A DNA stretch of 63,369 bases, filler included, from Theionarchaea archaeon (lineage in GTDB: Archaea; Methanobacteriota_B; Thermococci; Methanofastidiosales; SZ-28-30), in NCBI GenBank assembly GCA_018992565.1. It is 4 parts of 4 records of this genome, joined end to end, with 100 filler letters (N's around TTAATTAATTAA, not from the genome) between each part and the next. Parts side by side here need not be neighbours in the genome. Positions count along the whole stretch, not along the records: positions 1 to 25,750 come from JACVGW010000031.1; positions 25,851 to 51,425 come from JACVGW010000032.1; 2 more parts are not named here. One strand, 5' to 3'. The position numbers and the translations under genes are program-made. Positions 19,436 to 29,000 of this stretch are shown piece after piece. How positions within the stretch are numbered: position 1 is the stretch's first letter; each line of letters begins with the position of its first letter. The notes under the pieces are model-generated. The model ran no database searches and was not told the DNA's origin. It saw only the letters and a program-made list of their open reading frames with translations.

Positions 19436-20422
19436 ATGTCAATAATAAAATTTACAGATAACCTTGCAAGGAGATTCGCTCCCACATTTATTGCAAGTGA
19501 AGGGGAGAGATGCTATCTCACTGAATTGAGAAAAGAAGAGAACCCTCGAATAGCCCGGGCATATCCTGTGTGGAACCCTCACGTCTATTTTTCTGCCCTC
19601 AACTTAGGGTCTCACAGGGATAGAACAGCATATGAAATCAACTACCTGACTATCTGGGACTGGGATACAGGCGGGATCCTGGGCAAAATCAGTGGTCATC
19701 AGTGGGATACAGAAAGAACAGCAGTCCTTGTGATGGGGCCCGTGAACACGGAAGATCCTGAGGAATTCTCAATGCACGAGGCGTACTATGCAGCCCATGA
19801 AGGTGTTTCTCTGGTGGACAAGAGTCGCTATGTCCCCTGTATTGGAAGAGACTGCGGAGTCACTGTCTACTGGTCCCACGGAAAGCATGCCAGCTATGCT
19901 GAAAACCCTCAGGGCATTATAGGGTTTGAGCGATTCAGATCACCTGGAATCCGCACCGAACCTGATGAATACACACTGGTTGATGTGGGAACTCTCAAGT
20001 CTCCGCTTCCAGAGACTCCATGGGTTGTCTATCCAGAAGGATGGGGATGCGACAGGATCACCCCTGTATGTAAGAAGCTGGGAACCAGATTGTGGAAGAG
20101 GAGTTCCTGGGAGAAAATTAGAGAACCCTCACTTACTGAGGCCCACATACAGTTATTCCAGCAATATCAGGGACTTGAACCCACTGGCAAAGTAGACAGA
20201 AAAACCTTCAGCAAGGCGAAACATGTTGACCCTCATCTAATTGAGAACATCACTCAATTGTCTGAAGAAGAATTTAAGGTTTTGAGTGCATCACGTGTTA
20301 GAGGGAATGATATTGATTTGATTGTGAAATCGGATTTGAGTGTCTCTCAGATTGAAAAAGTGGCTGAAGAAAGAGCTCCAGGAGCAGTAAGAGCCAGAAT
20401 CAAGAAATTTGCTGCAGAATGA
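19436..20422 (+). CDS. NPP1/Vps62-like domain protein with C-terminal peptidoglycan-binding-like segment
   Basis: GHQWDTE, YYAAHEG, VYWSHGKHASY; IQLFQQYQGLEPTGKVDRKT resembles PG_binding_1. Confidence 0.5.
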   Translation: MSIIKFTDNLARRFAPTFIASEGERCYLTELRKEENPRIARAYPVWNPHVYFSALNLGSHRDRTAYEINYLTIWDWDTGGILGKISGHQWDTERTAVLVMGPVNTEDPEEFSMHEAYYAAHEGVSLVDKSRYVPCIGRDCGVTVYWSHGKHASYAENPQGIIGFERFRSPGIRTEPDEYTLVDVGTLKSPLPETPWVVYPEGWGCDRITPVCKKLGTRLWKRSSWEKIREPSLTEAHIQLFQQYQGLEPTGKVDRKTFSKAKHVDPHLIENITQLSEEEFKVLSASRVRGNDIDLIVKSDLSVSQIEKVAEERAPGAVRARIKKFAAE

Positions 20423-20504
20423 TCTAGCGTGACAGGTCTTCCAACGTACCCTGCTTGACCTGAGCTTTTCAGTGTCGTACTGTAGGTTTCCTGAATTCTC
20501 TGTA

Positions 20505-21263
20505 CTAGATATAGAGCTTTGTAGGATCGATCTCCTTCCTCAGAATCTCCAGCTCCTGGTCAGTGGGGGGTTCATTCTTTCCCACAGTATCTGGAATAAC
20601 CAATTCAAACCCAGTATTCTCTTTCACCTGTTCAATTTCCACCCCGGGGTTTAGAGCCAGGAGGGTCATCCTTTTTGTGCTCTCTTCAAATCCCAGTAGT
20701 GCCAGATCAGTGACCACCCTGTAAGGACCAGTCCCTGGAGGAAGCCCTGCCTCTTCCCTGGCACCAGGTCCTGTCAGGTAGCCTGGGGTTGTGATGAACT
20801 CCACCTTTTCCACGAAATGTCTGGCATCATGCGGCATGATTGCTATAGTCCGCCATACCAAAGAACCGATATCATTGGCCCCTCCACTCCCTGGAAATCG
20901 CACTTTTGGTCTGTCATGGTCTCCTATTATGGTGGAATTCAGGTTTCCGTAGGGATCTATCTGGGCTCCGCCTACAAACCCGTACATGATGAGCCCTCTC
21001 TGAGCTGCCTCCATAACATCGCAGATTGATGATGCAGCCAGTGCCTTGTAGAAAGACCGCGACCCACCTACACCCAGAGGAAGTTCTTCCAGCCGTGCTC
21101 CTGTTCCTCCAAACTCAAACACACAGATAAGGTTGGGAGCATGAATTTTCTGGGCCAGCGATGCTGCCAGCATGGGGATACCAGTTCCGATAAATGCACT
21201 GGTCCTATCCTCCATCTGTCTCGAAGCAAGGCAAATCAGTAATTCGCGTTGGTTATATTCCAT
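20505..21263 (-). CDS. Family I CoA-transferase subunit B (glutaconate/3-oxoadipate type)
   Basis: FIGTGIP, GGAQIDPYGNLNST, RFPGSGGAND, FITTPG, VVTDLA. Confidence 0.92.
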   Translation of the reverse strand: MEYNQRELLICLASRQMEDRTSAFIGTGIPMLAASLAQKIHAPNLICVFEFGGTGARLEELPLGVGGSRSFYKALAASSICDVMEAAQRGLIMYGFVGGAQIDPYGNLNSTIIGDHDRPKVRFPGSGGANDIGSLVWRTIAIMPHDARHFVEKVEFITTPGYLTGPGAREEAGLPPGTGPYRVVTDLALLGFEESTKRMTLLALNPGVEIEQVKENTGFELVIPDTVGKNEPPTDQELEILRKEIDPTKLYI

Positions 21264-21267
21264 GATT

Positions 21268-22239
21268 TCACCTACCTTTGGCTTTTGCCTTCATCATGTC
21301 CAGAGTCTCCTTCCCCACACGCTCCAGATAGTCCTCATGAGAAGGTACATCCCAGATCCATTTCTGCAGGTACTCCTCAGTCGTCGTCTCTTCTTTGGAT
21401 GCTGCCACATACCAGGACAAGTGCTCTTCATCTCGCCAGTAGTAGTAGGGCATCTCTCCCGGATGTGAGCCAAAAGGAGCCTCTACCACAGCATCCACCA
21501 GATACCATGGGATAATAGTCCTTTCAGGGTACATTCTGATTTCTTCCGTGGAAATAATCTCTTCTGCAGAAATAATGAGACGACGAGAAGCCCTGGCCAG
21601 TTCGAAAGCGAATCCAGAGATGCCGTCTATCTGGCAGTTGCCGTACTGATCTGCCCTGTGCACGTGGATGATGCCCACATCCAGCATGGTGGCAGGGAGG
21701 AGTAACACCTTCTCACCTGTGAAGGGGCACTTAGCCACTTTAGCTGCACTGTATTTAAACGTGTCAGTTCCCAGCATCACCCGAACAGGAAGGAATGGCA
21801 CGCCCAACGCTGCTGCTTTCAGCCGCCATGCAAGTGCTGCATTGCTCCACTCATTGACTTTCAGCTTCCCGGATTGAGCTGCTCTTCTCAAAACACTTGA
21901 TAACCCGTAAACCTCGTACCCCAGGTAGGTCAGATCAATCTTATCTACAAGACCTGCTGCAATGAGAATGTCCACTTCCATGATCCCCTGACCAGCCACC
22001 TGCAGATGACCGATCCTCTGCCGCACAATTTCCCGGGCAATTGACATGGGGCACCTGACGAATCCATACAGCTCAGTCCCAATGTAATCGCCTTCATGGA
22101 TAAATTTCTTCACTGCCTCATGTTCTGACATTGTCTTGGGTTCCAATGCCCAGGACTTCTTTTCCCGCATCCACTGACGATCTTCGTTCATGCGCGGGGA
22201 AAGAAAAAGCTCTCCTTTGCCAGATTCCAGTACTTCCAT
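21268..22239 (-). CDS. Family I CoA-transferase subunit A
   Basis: AAALGVPFLP, LGTD, CPFTGE, HVHRADQYGN, VDAVVEAPFGSHP; GAAGGTGAT SD. Confidence 0.92.
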   Translation of the reverse strand: MEVLESGKGELFLSPRMNEDRQWMREKKSWALEPKTMSEHEAVKKFIHEGDYIGTELYGFVRCPMSIAREIVRQRIGHLQVAGQGIMEVDILIAAGLVDKIDLTYLGYEVYGLSSVLRRAAQSGKLKVNEWSNAALAWRLKAAALGVPFLPVRVMLGTDTFKYSAAKVAKCPFTGEKVLLLPATMLDVGIIHVHRADQYGNCQIDGISGFAFELARASRRLIISAEEIISTEEIRMYPERTIIPWYLVDAVVEAPFGSHPGEMPYYYWRDEEHLSWYVAASKEETTTEEYLQKWIWDVPSHEDYLERVGKETLDMMKAKAKGR

Positions 22240-22357
22240 TATAATCACCTTCACGTATGCTCTGGATCATACTCGTACAACAACTTAAAAGGTTTGTGTG
22301 GTGTACTGCAACACCTCTTGAGAGACGAGAGTACTCTCACAGATTCATCAGTGGTGA

Positions 22358-24034
22358 CTATCGCCGCCTGTAGCATTGTGTATTCATAATCATCCCCCGG
22401 GAGGCCCATCCTCTCCTGGCAGTTCCCACCCCTAACTCCATGAACTCGAGGTCCTGCGACGAATGGGCATCTGTACCCAATGCTAACGTAATATCATACT
22501 CTCCTGCTTTCCTCACATGAATATCATTTAGGTCCAGACGATGCGGGTAGCAGTTTATTTCAAGAGCAGTCTTGGTTTCCTCAGCTACTTCGAAAATCAC
22601 GTTCATGTCAAGGTCCAGAGCCCCTCTTCTTCCAATAATTCTCCCTGTAGGATGCCCCAGGATGGTGACCAGGGGATTCCTCATGGCTTTCACCACCCGT
22701 CGAGTAATCACATCCTGTGGGGCCTTGAACCCAGAATGAACAGATGCTATTACAAAATCCAGCTGTTCAAGAATGCTCTCTGGATAATCCAGAGACCCGT
22801 CTGGGAGAATGTCGCTTTCCACACCAGAGAGAATGGTTATCCCGTCAATAGTATCGTCCAGCTTCTTGATGATTGCGTGCTGTTCCAGGAGTTTCTCTGG
22901 TGAAAGCCCACCTGCTATCCTCAGGCTCTGTGAGTGATCTGCAATTCCGACATACTCATAGGCCAGCGCCCTGGCCTTCAGTATCATAGCTTCAAGTGAA
23001 TCAGATCCATCGCTCCAATCAGTATGCAGGTGAAGGTCTCCCTTTATGTCTGTCAGTTCCACCAGCTGGGGGAGCGAATTGGTCTGAGCAGCCTCAATCT
23101 CCCCAGAATTTTCCCGTAATTCGGGAGGAATGTACTCTAATCCCAGTGTTTGATATATCCCCTCTTCTGAATCGCCCCCGACTTTTTCGCCAGTTTTCCG
23201 ATTAAAAAGACCATATTCACTTAATTTGAGTCCTTTTCTCAGGGCCAGGTTCCTCAGGCTGATATTATGTTCTTTCGATCCTGTGAAGTACTGCAAAGCT
23301 GAACCGAAGCTCTCCTCAGGGAGAACACGTACATCAGATTGTATTCCGTTTCTGAGAATGACTGTTGATCTGGTCGGCCCCTTTGAAATAACGTGCTTCA
23401 CCTCAGCCAGTGCAGTAAAGGTATTCATGACCTGCTCTGGTCTGCGTGATATAGCCAGGATGTCAATGTCGCCCACTGTGTCTTTCCACCGCCTCACAGA
23501 CCCAGCCACCACAACGTTATCGCAGACATGGAGGAGGGCCTCTTCCAGCTTCCTGCATACGGGGAGCACCTTTCCCAGAAGCCTCCTCTCTTTCTTGAAT
23601 TGGTACAGCTCAATGGACCTCTTCAGGTTCTCCTCTGTCTTTGGCCCAAATCCTTTCATTCTCGGCAATAAATGACGTTCAAGAGCTTTCTCCAATGCAG
23701 ATATACTGGTAATGCCCTGCGAAGCCAGAATCTGGGCAGTCTTGGGGCCAATTTCCGGAAGGTTCAGCAATTCTCCAACTTCTTCTGGCGTTTCTTCTTT
23801 TAACTTCTCCAGATACTCAAGTCTCCCTGTTCTAACAATTTCGTCAATTTTCTTGGCAATGGCCTCTCCCACGCCTGGAATCACGGTGTAGTCTTTGAAT
23901 GTCATAATATCTTCTTCTAGGGACTCGATAGAACGGGCAGCCTTTCTGTAGGCCTGTGGCTTAAATTTCACCCCCTGAAGTTCCAGTAAATCTGCAATCT
24001 CCTGAAGAATGCGGGCTACATCTGAATTATCCAT
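22358..24034 (-). CDS. polX: DNA polymerase X / PHP 3'-5' exonuclease
   Basis: IPGVGEAIAKKI, AGSVRR, GDIDIL, YFTGSKEHN, PHP motifs DLHLHTDWSDG, HPTGR, GTDAH. Confidence 0.95.
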   Translation of the reverse strand: MDNSDVARILQEIADLLELQGVKFKPQAYRKAARSIESLEEDIMTFKDYTVIPGVGEAIAKKIDEIVRTGRLEYLEKLKEETPEEVGELLNLPEIGPKTAQILASQGITSISALEKALERHLLPRMKGFGPKTEENLKRSIELYQFKKERRLLGKVLPVCRKLEEALLHVCDNVVVAGSVRRWKDTVGDIDILAISRRPEQVMNTFTALAEVKHVISKGPTRSTVILRNGIQSDVRVLPEESFGSALQYFTGSKEHNISLRNLALRKGLKLSEYGLFNRKTGEKVGGDSEEGIYQTLGLEYIPPELRENSGEIEAAQTNSLPQLVELTDIKGDLHLHTDWSDGSDSLEAMILKARALAYEYVGIADHSQSLRIAGGLSPEKLLEQHAIIKKLDDTIDGITILSGVESDILPDGSLDYPESILEQLDFVIASVHSGFKAPQDVITRRVVKAMRNPLVTILGHPTGRIIGRRGALDLDMNVIFEVAEETKTALEINCYPHRLDLNDIHVRKAGEYDITLALGTDAHSSQDLEFMELGVGTARRGWASRGMIMNTQCYRRR

Positions 24035-24241
24035 GAGGTATCTTTGGTCGAAACAATAAAAAGGTTTCAGGGGGGGGTGGAGAAAAAGAGTGAGGCAACC
24101 ACAATTCCTGGAGGAACTGGTAAATTGCTAACACGTCACAGAAATAATGCAAAAAGACCACTGTAAACCCCGGAACGAATAAAAGATAAAAAAAGAAATG
24201 CAAAAAGAGAGATGTGTGGGATGTCAGGTTATGGGCCTGGA

Positions 24242-24409
24242 TCACGTCTTGTCCATGTAACCAAAGACCACTGCCACAAGCCCAACAATGATCTTCAGCA
24301 CAGCATGCCATGAGGGCTCAGTTGCATAATCAAGATCCAAGAGTCCCAGAATACCCATAAGTAGGACAATTATACCCACAATTATTAAGACTGTCTTTGA
24401 CTTTACCAT
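24242..24409 (-). CDS. Small two-TM membrane protein (55 aa)
   Basis: Hand translation MVKSKTVLIIVGIIVLLMGILGLLDLDYATEPSWHAVLKIIVGLVAVVFGYMDKT; GGAGGTGG SD upstream. Confidence 0.7.
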   Translation of the reverse strand: MVKSKTVLIIVGIIVLLMGILGLLDLDYATEPSWHAVLKIIVGLVAVVFGYMDKT

Positions 24410-24706
24410 ACAGCCACCTCCTTTCCTTTTGTTATATAGCGACTGGACAGCCGCCTAACCTTTCAGGAATCACTGTTTCCCATTCTTACAATCCGCCCTC
24501 CACTTAACCACCGGAAAGGATGTGAGACAGCAGCCGGCTTCATTTGCCGTGACACAATATACTCTCACGCACCATTTTCTCCTTGATCTGAACCTTGAGT
24601 GACGATGAACCTCCACCATCGTTACGTTGGCCTTCTCTCTTTTCTTATCACCTCCATTTATCATGTTTATTCAGCATTTATAAAACTTTTGCACATATCT
24701 AGGTTC

Positions 24707-25528
24707 TCAATGCAACACTGATGGATAAAACCAATTCTTCCCCCGTGCTCTCTTTTTCCTATCCCATTCCTGGAGTATCTTTAGTGCTTCTGAAGCCGCT
24801 TTTCCCGCTTTTTCTTCACCAGATACAGCAAATTCTCCGGTAATTCGGTTGGCAAAGACCGCACAAATACTGCCTGCTCTCAGCCCGAATAGGGAACTCA
24901 GTGTCAGAATGGAGGCTGTTTCCATTTCAAAATTCAGAATCCCTGCCTTGCGCAGATCCTCAATGAACGATCCATATTTTGAAGGAAAGTACTCATGAAA
25001 CCCACGTCTTGCCTGACCCACGAAGAAGGAATCAGTGGTTGCTCCAATACCCAGATGATACGTGTATCCCAGGCTTTCACACGCTTCCACCATTGAGAGA
25101 ATCACTTCGTAACTGGATAGTGCTGGATATTCTGCAGTTATATATTCTTTTGATGTACCCTCAAACCTCATGCACCCTGTGTTGATTATCAAGTCACCAC
25201 ACGGAATATCCTGGAGAGCACCTGTGGATCCCACCCTGATCAATGTATGGCATCCAATTCTGGCCAGTTCTTCTACCACTATTCCTGCAGATGGAGAACC
25301 AATCCCCGTGGATATACAGGAGAGACTCTCTCCCTTATATATCCCCCTCACTGATCGAAATTCTCTGTGTTGTTGGACTTCATGAAAGCTGTCCCATAGA
25401 GAGGCTATCTTCGGCACTCGTTGAGGGTCTCCAGGCAGGAGAACATATGGTGTCAGATCACCTGTACCACACTGAATGTGATACTGCTTGCCCTCGGAAT
25501 TAGGGGATTCTGATCTTTTTCGGTTCAT
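24707..25528 (-). CDS. udp: Uridine phosphorylase (NP-I family)
   Basis: QYHI, LLPGDPQRV, HREF, STGIGSPS, IRVGSTG, NFEMETA. Confidence 0.88.
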   Translation of the reverse strand: MNRKRSESPNSEGKQYHIQCGTGDLTPYVLLPGDPQRVPKIASLWDSFHEVQQHREFRSVRGIYKGESLSCISTGIGSPSAGIVVEELARIGCHTLIRVGSTGALQDIPCGDLIINTGCMRFEGTSKEYITAEYPALSSYEVILSMVEACESLGYTYHLGIGATTDSFFVGQARRGFHEYFPSKYGSFIEDLRKAGILNFEMETASILTLSSLFGLRAGSICAVFANRITGEFAVSGEEKAGKAASEALKILQEWDRKKRARGKNWFYPSVLH

Positions 25529-25750
25529 GGTAGATAGTAGCTTTCCTCGCTATTAAAAGTTGGTTTCTTACACTCTGACTGCTCATTCCCACCATCATCT
25601 TCTTGTGGATCAGAATTCCGCAGAATTCGGTTTCCGTATTTTCAGTATATTTCTCAAAATGATGCAGAAGCTCTACCTTCGAGAAATATCAGTACTTATC
25701 CACCGAGTTCTGAACAGATACGGGTACTTCGGGGTTGGATGATAACATTC

Positions 25751-25850
25751 NNNNNNNNNNNNNNNNNNNNNNNNNNNNNNNNNNNNNNNNNNNNTTAATT
25801 AATTAANNNNNNNNNNNNNNNNNNNNNNNNNNNNNNNNNNNNNNNNNNNN
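25751..25850. other. Artificial scaffold join
   Basis: Ns flanking TTAATTAATTAA (stops in all six frames). Confidence 0.97.
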
Positions 25851-26014
25851 CAAAATAAAGACCTTATATAGGATGAATGACCGAAAAGTATTTAAAGGGT
25901 AATAATCATAAGCATTTAGCAATGAATCAGAACTCAAATCCAAAATAATGGCAAGATATATTCCCTTGTCATTGAGGATGAAGTCTGACGAACCAATAGT
26001 AGGAGGTAAAAAAG

Positions 26015-29000
26015 ATGGAAAACAAACCAGCGAAGAGAGGCTTAAGCCTCTTCATATGCATCATACTGATCGGAAGCCTAGTCATACTTAGTCCGCGAGA
26101 AGCAAATGCACAGCCGTACGCTCTTGCTGGGCTGATTTATGCAGATGTCAATATGAACAGCATATATGACCCAGCAAACGGTGACTACATCATTTCCGGT
26201 GAACAATGGACAGATGCAGATGGAAATGACCGATTTGACTGGATTGACGCCAATGGGAATGGACTGATGGAAGCTGGAGAAGCTAGCGAAGTATTCGTCG
26301 ATGATGGTCTGGATGGTGCCGGAGGTACACAGGATCTCGGAGAAGGAGATGCCGTATTCGAAGGCCCCGAGGTGTGGCTGGATCAGCCAAACGCACCTAC
26401 TTCACCTACGTGTACTGCCAACGAAACTGGAGGATATGCTGGTGCCTTACCTGCTGCTGTAGCAGCTGGCTGGACTCACAACTTGTCCAATTACATGATC
26501 AGGAACTTGCAGCCTGGTTATCACTATGTCACTGTCAGATGCCCCGGCTTTTACACTCAGACCAAGAATGTCCACGTGCTCGGCAATGTACCTGTGAACT
26601 TCGGACTGGTTCCCTTTGATTCTGTTACTGGACGAATCGTGAAGACTGATGGGACGGGAATTTGCGGGATGTGGGTGACTGCTACTGCTCAGTCTGCCCC
26701 TTACAGCAATCAAACACCCGCCTTCAACATCAACACTCTGTCCGATGCAGTGGGGAACTATGTGTTACAGGGGTTACCCCCAGGACAATACAGAATCGAT
26801 GTTACCAAGGCAGAGTACATTCCACAACAGAAGCTCAACGTCACTGTGGATGGACAAACCTATCCCAATACGCCCTTCATGGTCAATGCACATACGAAAA
26901 CAGGAATCGATTTCATCAACATGAGCTACAACTACGGAAGTATCACGGGTATTGTAGCAGGCCCACCCAGTGTCGTGGTGGAAGTACCTGGATTGGGATT
27001 GTCCACCACTGCCGACGCATCAGGGAGATATACAATATCCAATATTCCAGCAGGTTGGTATTACGTGGTCTTCAGAGCTGAAGGCTGGTATACTGGCGTG
27101 GAATATGTGTGTGTTGCTCCCGGCCCTGCGGCTACCAATGTCAGAGGAGGAGTCCCGTATGTCATGTCTTCCTGTCCAAGCTGCCCTACCACCACTATCG
27201 AAGGATCGATAACAGATGGGATACAGGCTATTGAGAATGCCATTGCAGAAGTGCCCGGAATGGGCTGGATATTCCAGGGTGTAAACAGCGCAGCCAACAG
27301 GAATGTCATCACTGACAAGGCAGGATACTATATCTACACAGATATTGGTCCTGGAAACCCTTCTCTGAGCTATGCTACCTGGGGAGGGTTCAGATACCAG
27401 TTCACGCCAACGACAGGACGATTCTTCGTGACTGTGCGCAATGAAGCTGGAGTTGTCTTTGATGAATGGGATGACCACCACAAGTCCACTGCAAGAGCAG
27501 TAGAAGTGGTGGCAGGTAGAGTAACTAGAGCTGACTTCAAGATGGAAGAAAACCCTGACTACAAGTTCGGACGAGTTGTCGATACTAATGGTATCGGCGT
27601 GGAAGGTGCCAAGGTGTACATTCCAAACAGTCCGTATACTACGGTAACAGACAGCAATGGATACTTCTTCCTGCAGCTGCCCGCAGAAACCTATTCTGAG
27701 GACTGCAACATGACCTGGCAGCCCAGGATTAGACCCGGCAGACGAGCAGAAGAAACCGTGCTGTGTGGATTCAGGGACGTATTCCAGCGGCTAATCGCTG
27801 CGCCACTACCTGTACCTGAAGCCTCAAATCCACACCGGATGTACAAGGCCCGTTACCTCATCAAAGCTGAAAAGACCAACTACTTCGACGCCATGTTCGT
27901 ACACATTTCCTCCCCTGGTCCAAAAGGAGTCAGCCGACCACCTCTGAATGATCAAGACACACCCCATGCACCAGTAGACGACTGTGACCAGTGCATGAAT
28001 GGTATTGTCATGACCTTCAAGGCAGGTATCCTTAAGGGTCAGATCAAGGATGCTACAGGTGGTTACCTCAATGATGGGTTCGTCTTCGTGTGTGGAAGAG
28101 ATATCCCCATTGGAGCCAACGGATGGTTTGAGAGCCTGGAAGTGCCTGTAGGCACGTACACTGCTGTAATCACTGATGCCACAAAACTGCAGGTTCTCGG
28201 TGTAATAGAAGGTATTCAGGTCAAATATGATCAGATAACCTACAAGAATGTGACACTGCCTGCCACACCTCCAGGAAAGTTTATCTCAGGATTTGTCTAC
28301 CACAACACGATACGAACAACTGTGGGATCTGACGCTCCTGTTGATGGCACTGGTGCCTGGCAAGGATACATCATTCCAGACCAGAATCTGTATTCACCAG
28401 GTACGACGTTCCAGCCTGGAGAAGGAATTTCAGGAGTAGCAGTGAAAACCACCTTTGGAGGAATCACAGCGTACACTGACAGCTATGGGTTCTACATCAT
28501 TAAGAACGTCATCCTGCCCTCTGGAGTATCAACTACAACCATTTTGGCCACCAAGGGCGACCATGTAACACTGGCCAATCCATCAGTCGGTCCTTCAGAT
28601 GGACTGAACTTCGTCAGTGGATTTGCAGGAGATGCAGGAGCAACTGTCTTTCCCATGTCCAAGAGACGAGGTACACTGAATGGGAGAGTGGTTAATGACG
28701 ATGGTCGAGATGTGTCCGGCGCAGTGGTCTCAGTGTGGATACCCTGGGAACGAAAAGATGAAACTGACACCAACGGATTCTACATCTTCGAAAACCTGGA
28801 AATCGGCTCCTACTTGATGAAAATCTGCGGTGGAGGCGAATGTGGTATTGACTACTGGGTCACTTACAGTGTCAATGTGTTTAACCAGGGAGAACCAGTT
28901 ACCCTCAATAGTATTGTGACCAAGGACTTCACCTACAAGAAGAGAACGGGAAGAGTCCATGGATTCGTCACCGATACAGGAGGAAGTGTACTGGAAGATG

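Noticed and set aside
24470..24664. 64-aa ORF after a TATA box, with an internal GGAGGTGAT
   Set aside because: No recognisable protein features and no start codon correctly spaced after the SD-like site.
25795..25806. TTAATTAATTAA palindrome seen three times in the window
   Set aside because: Artificial all-frame-stop linker inside N runs.
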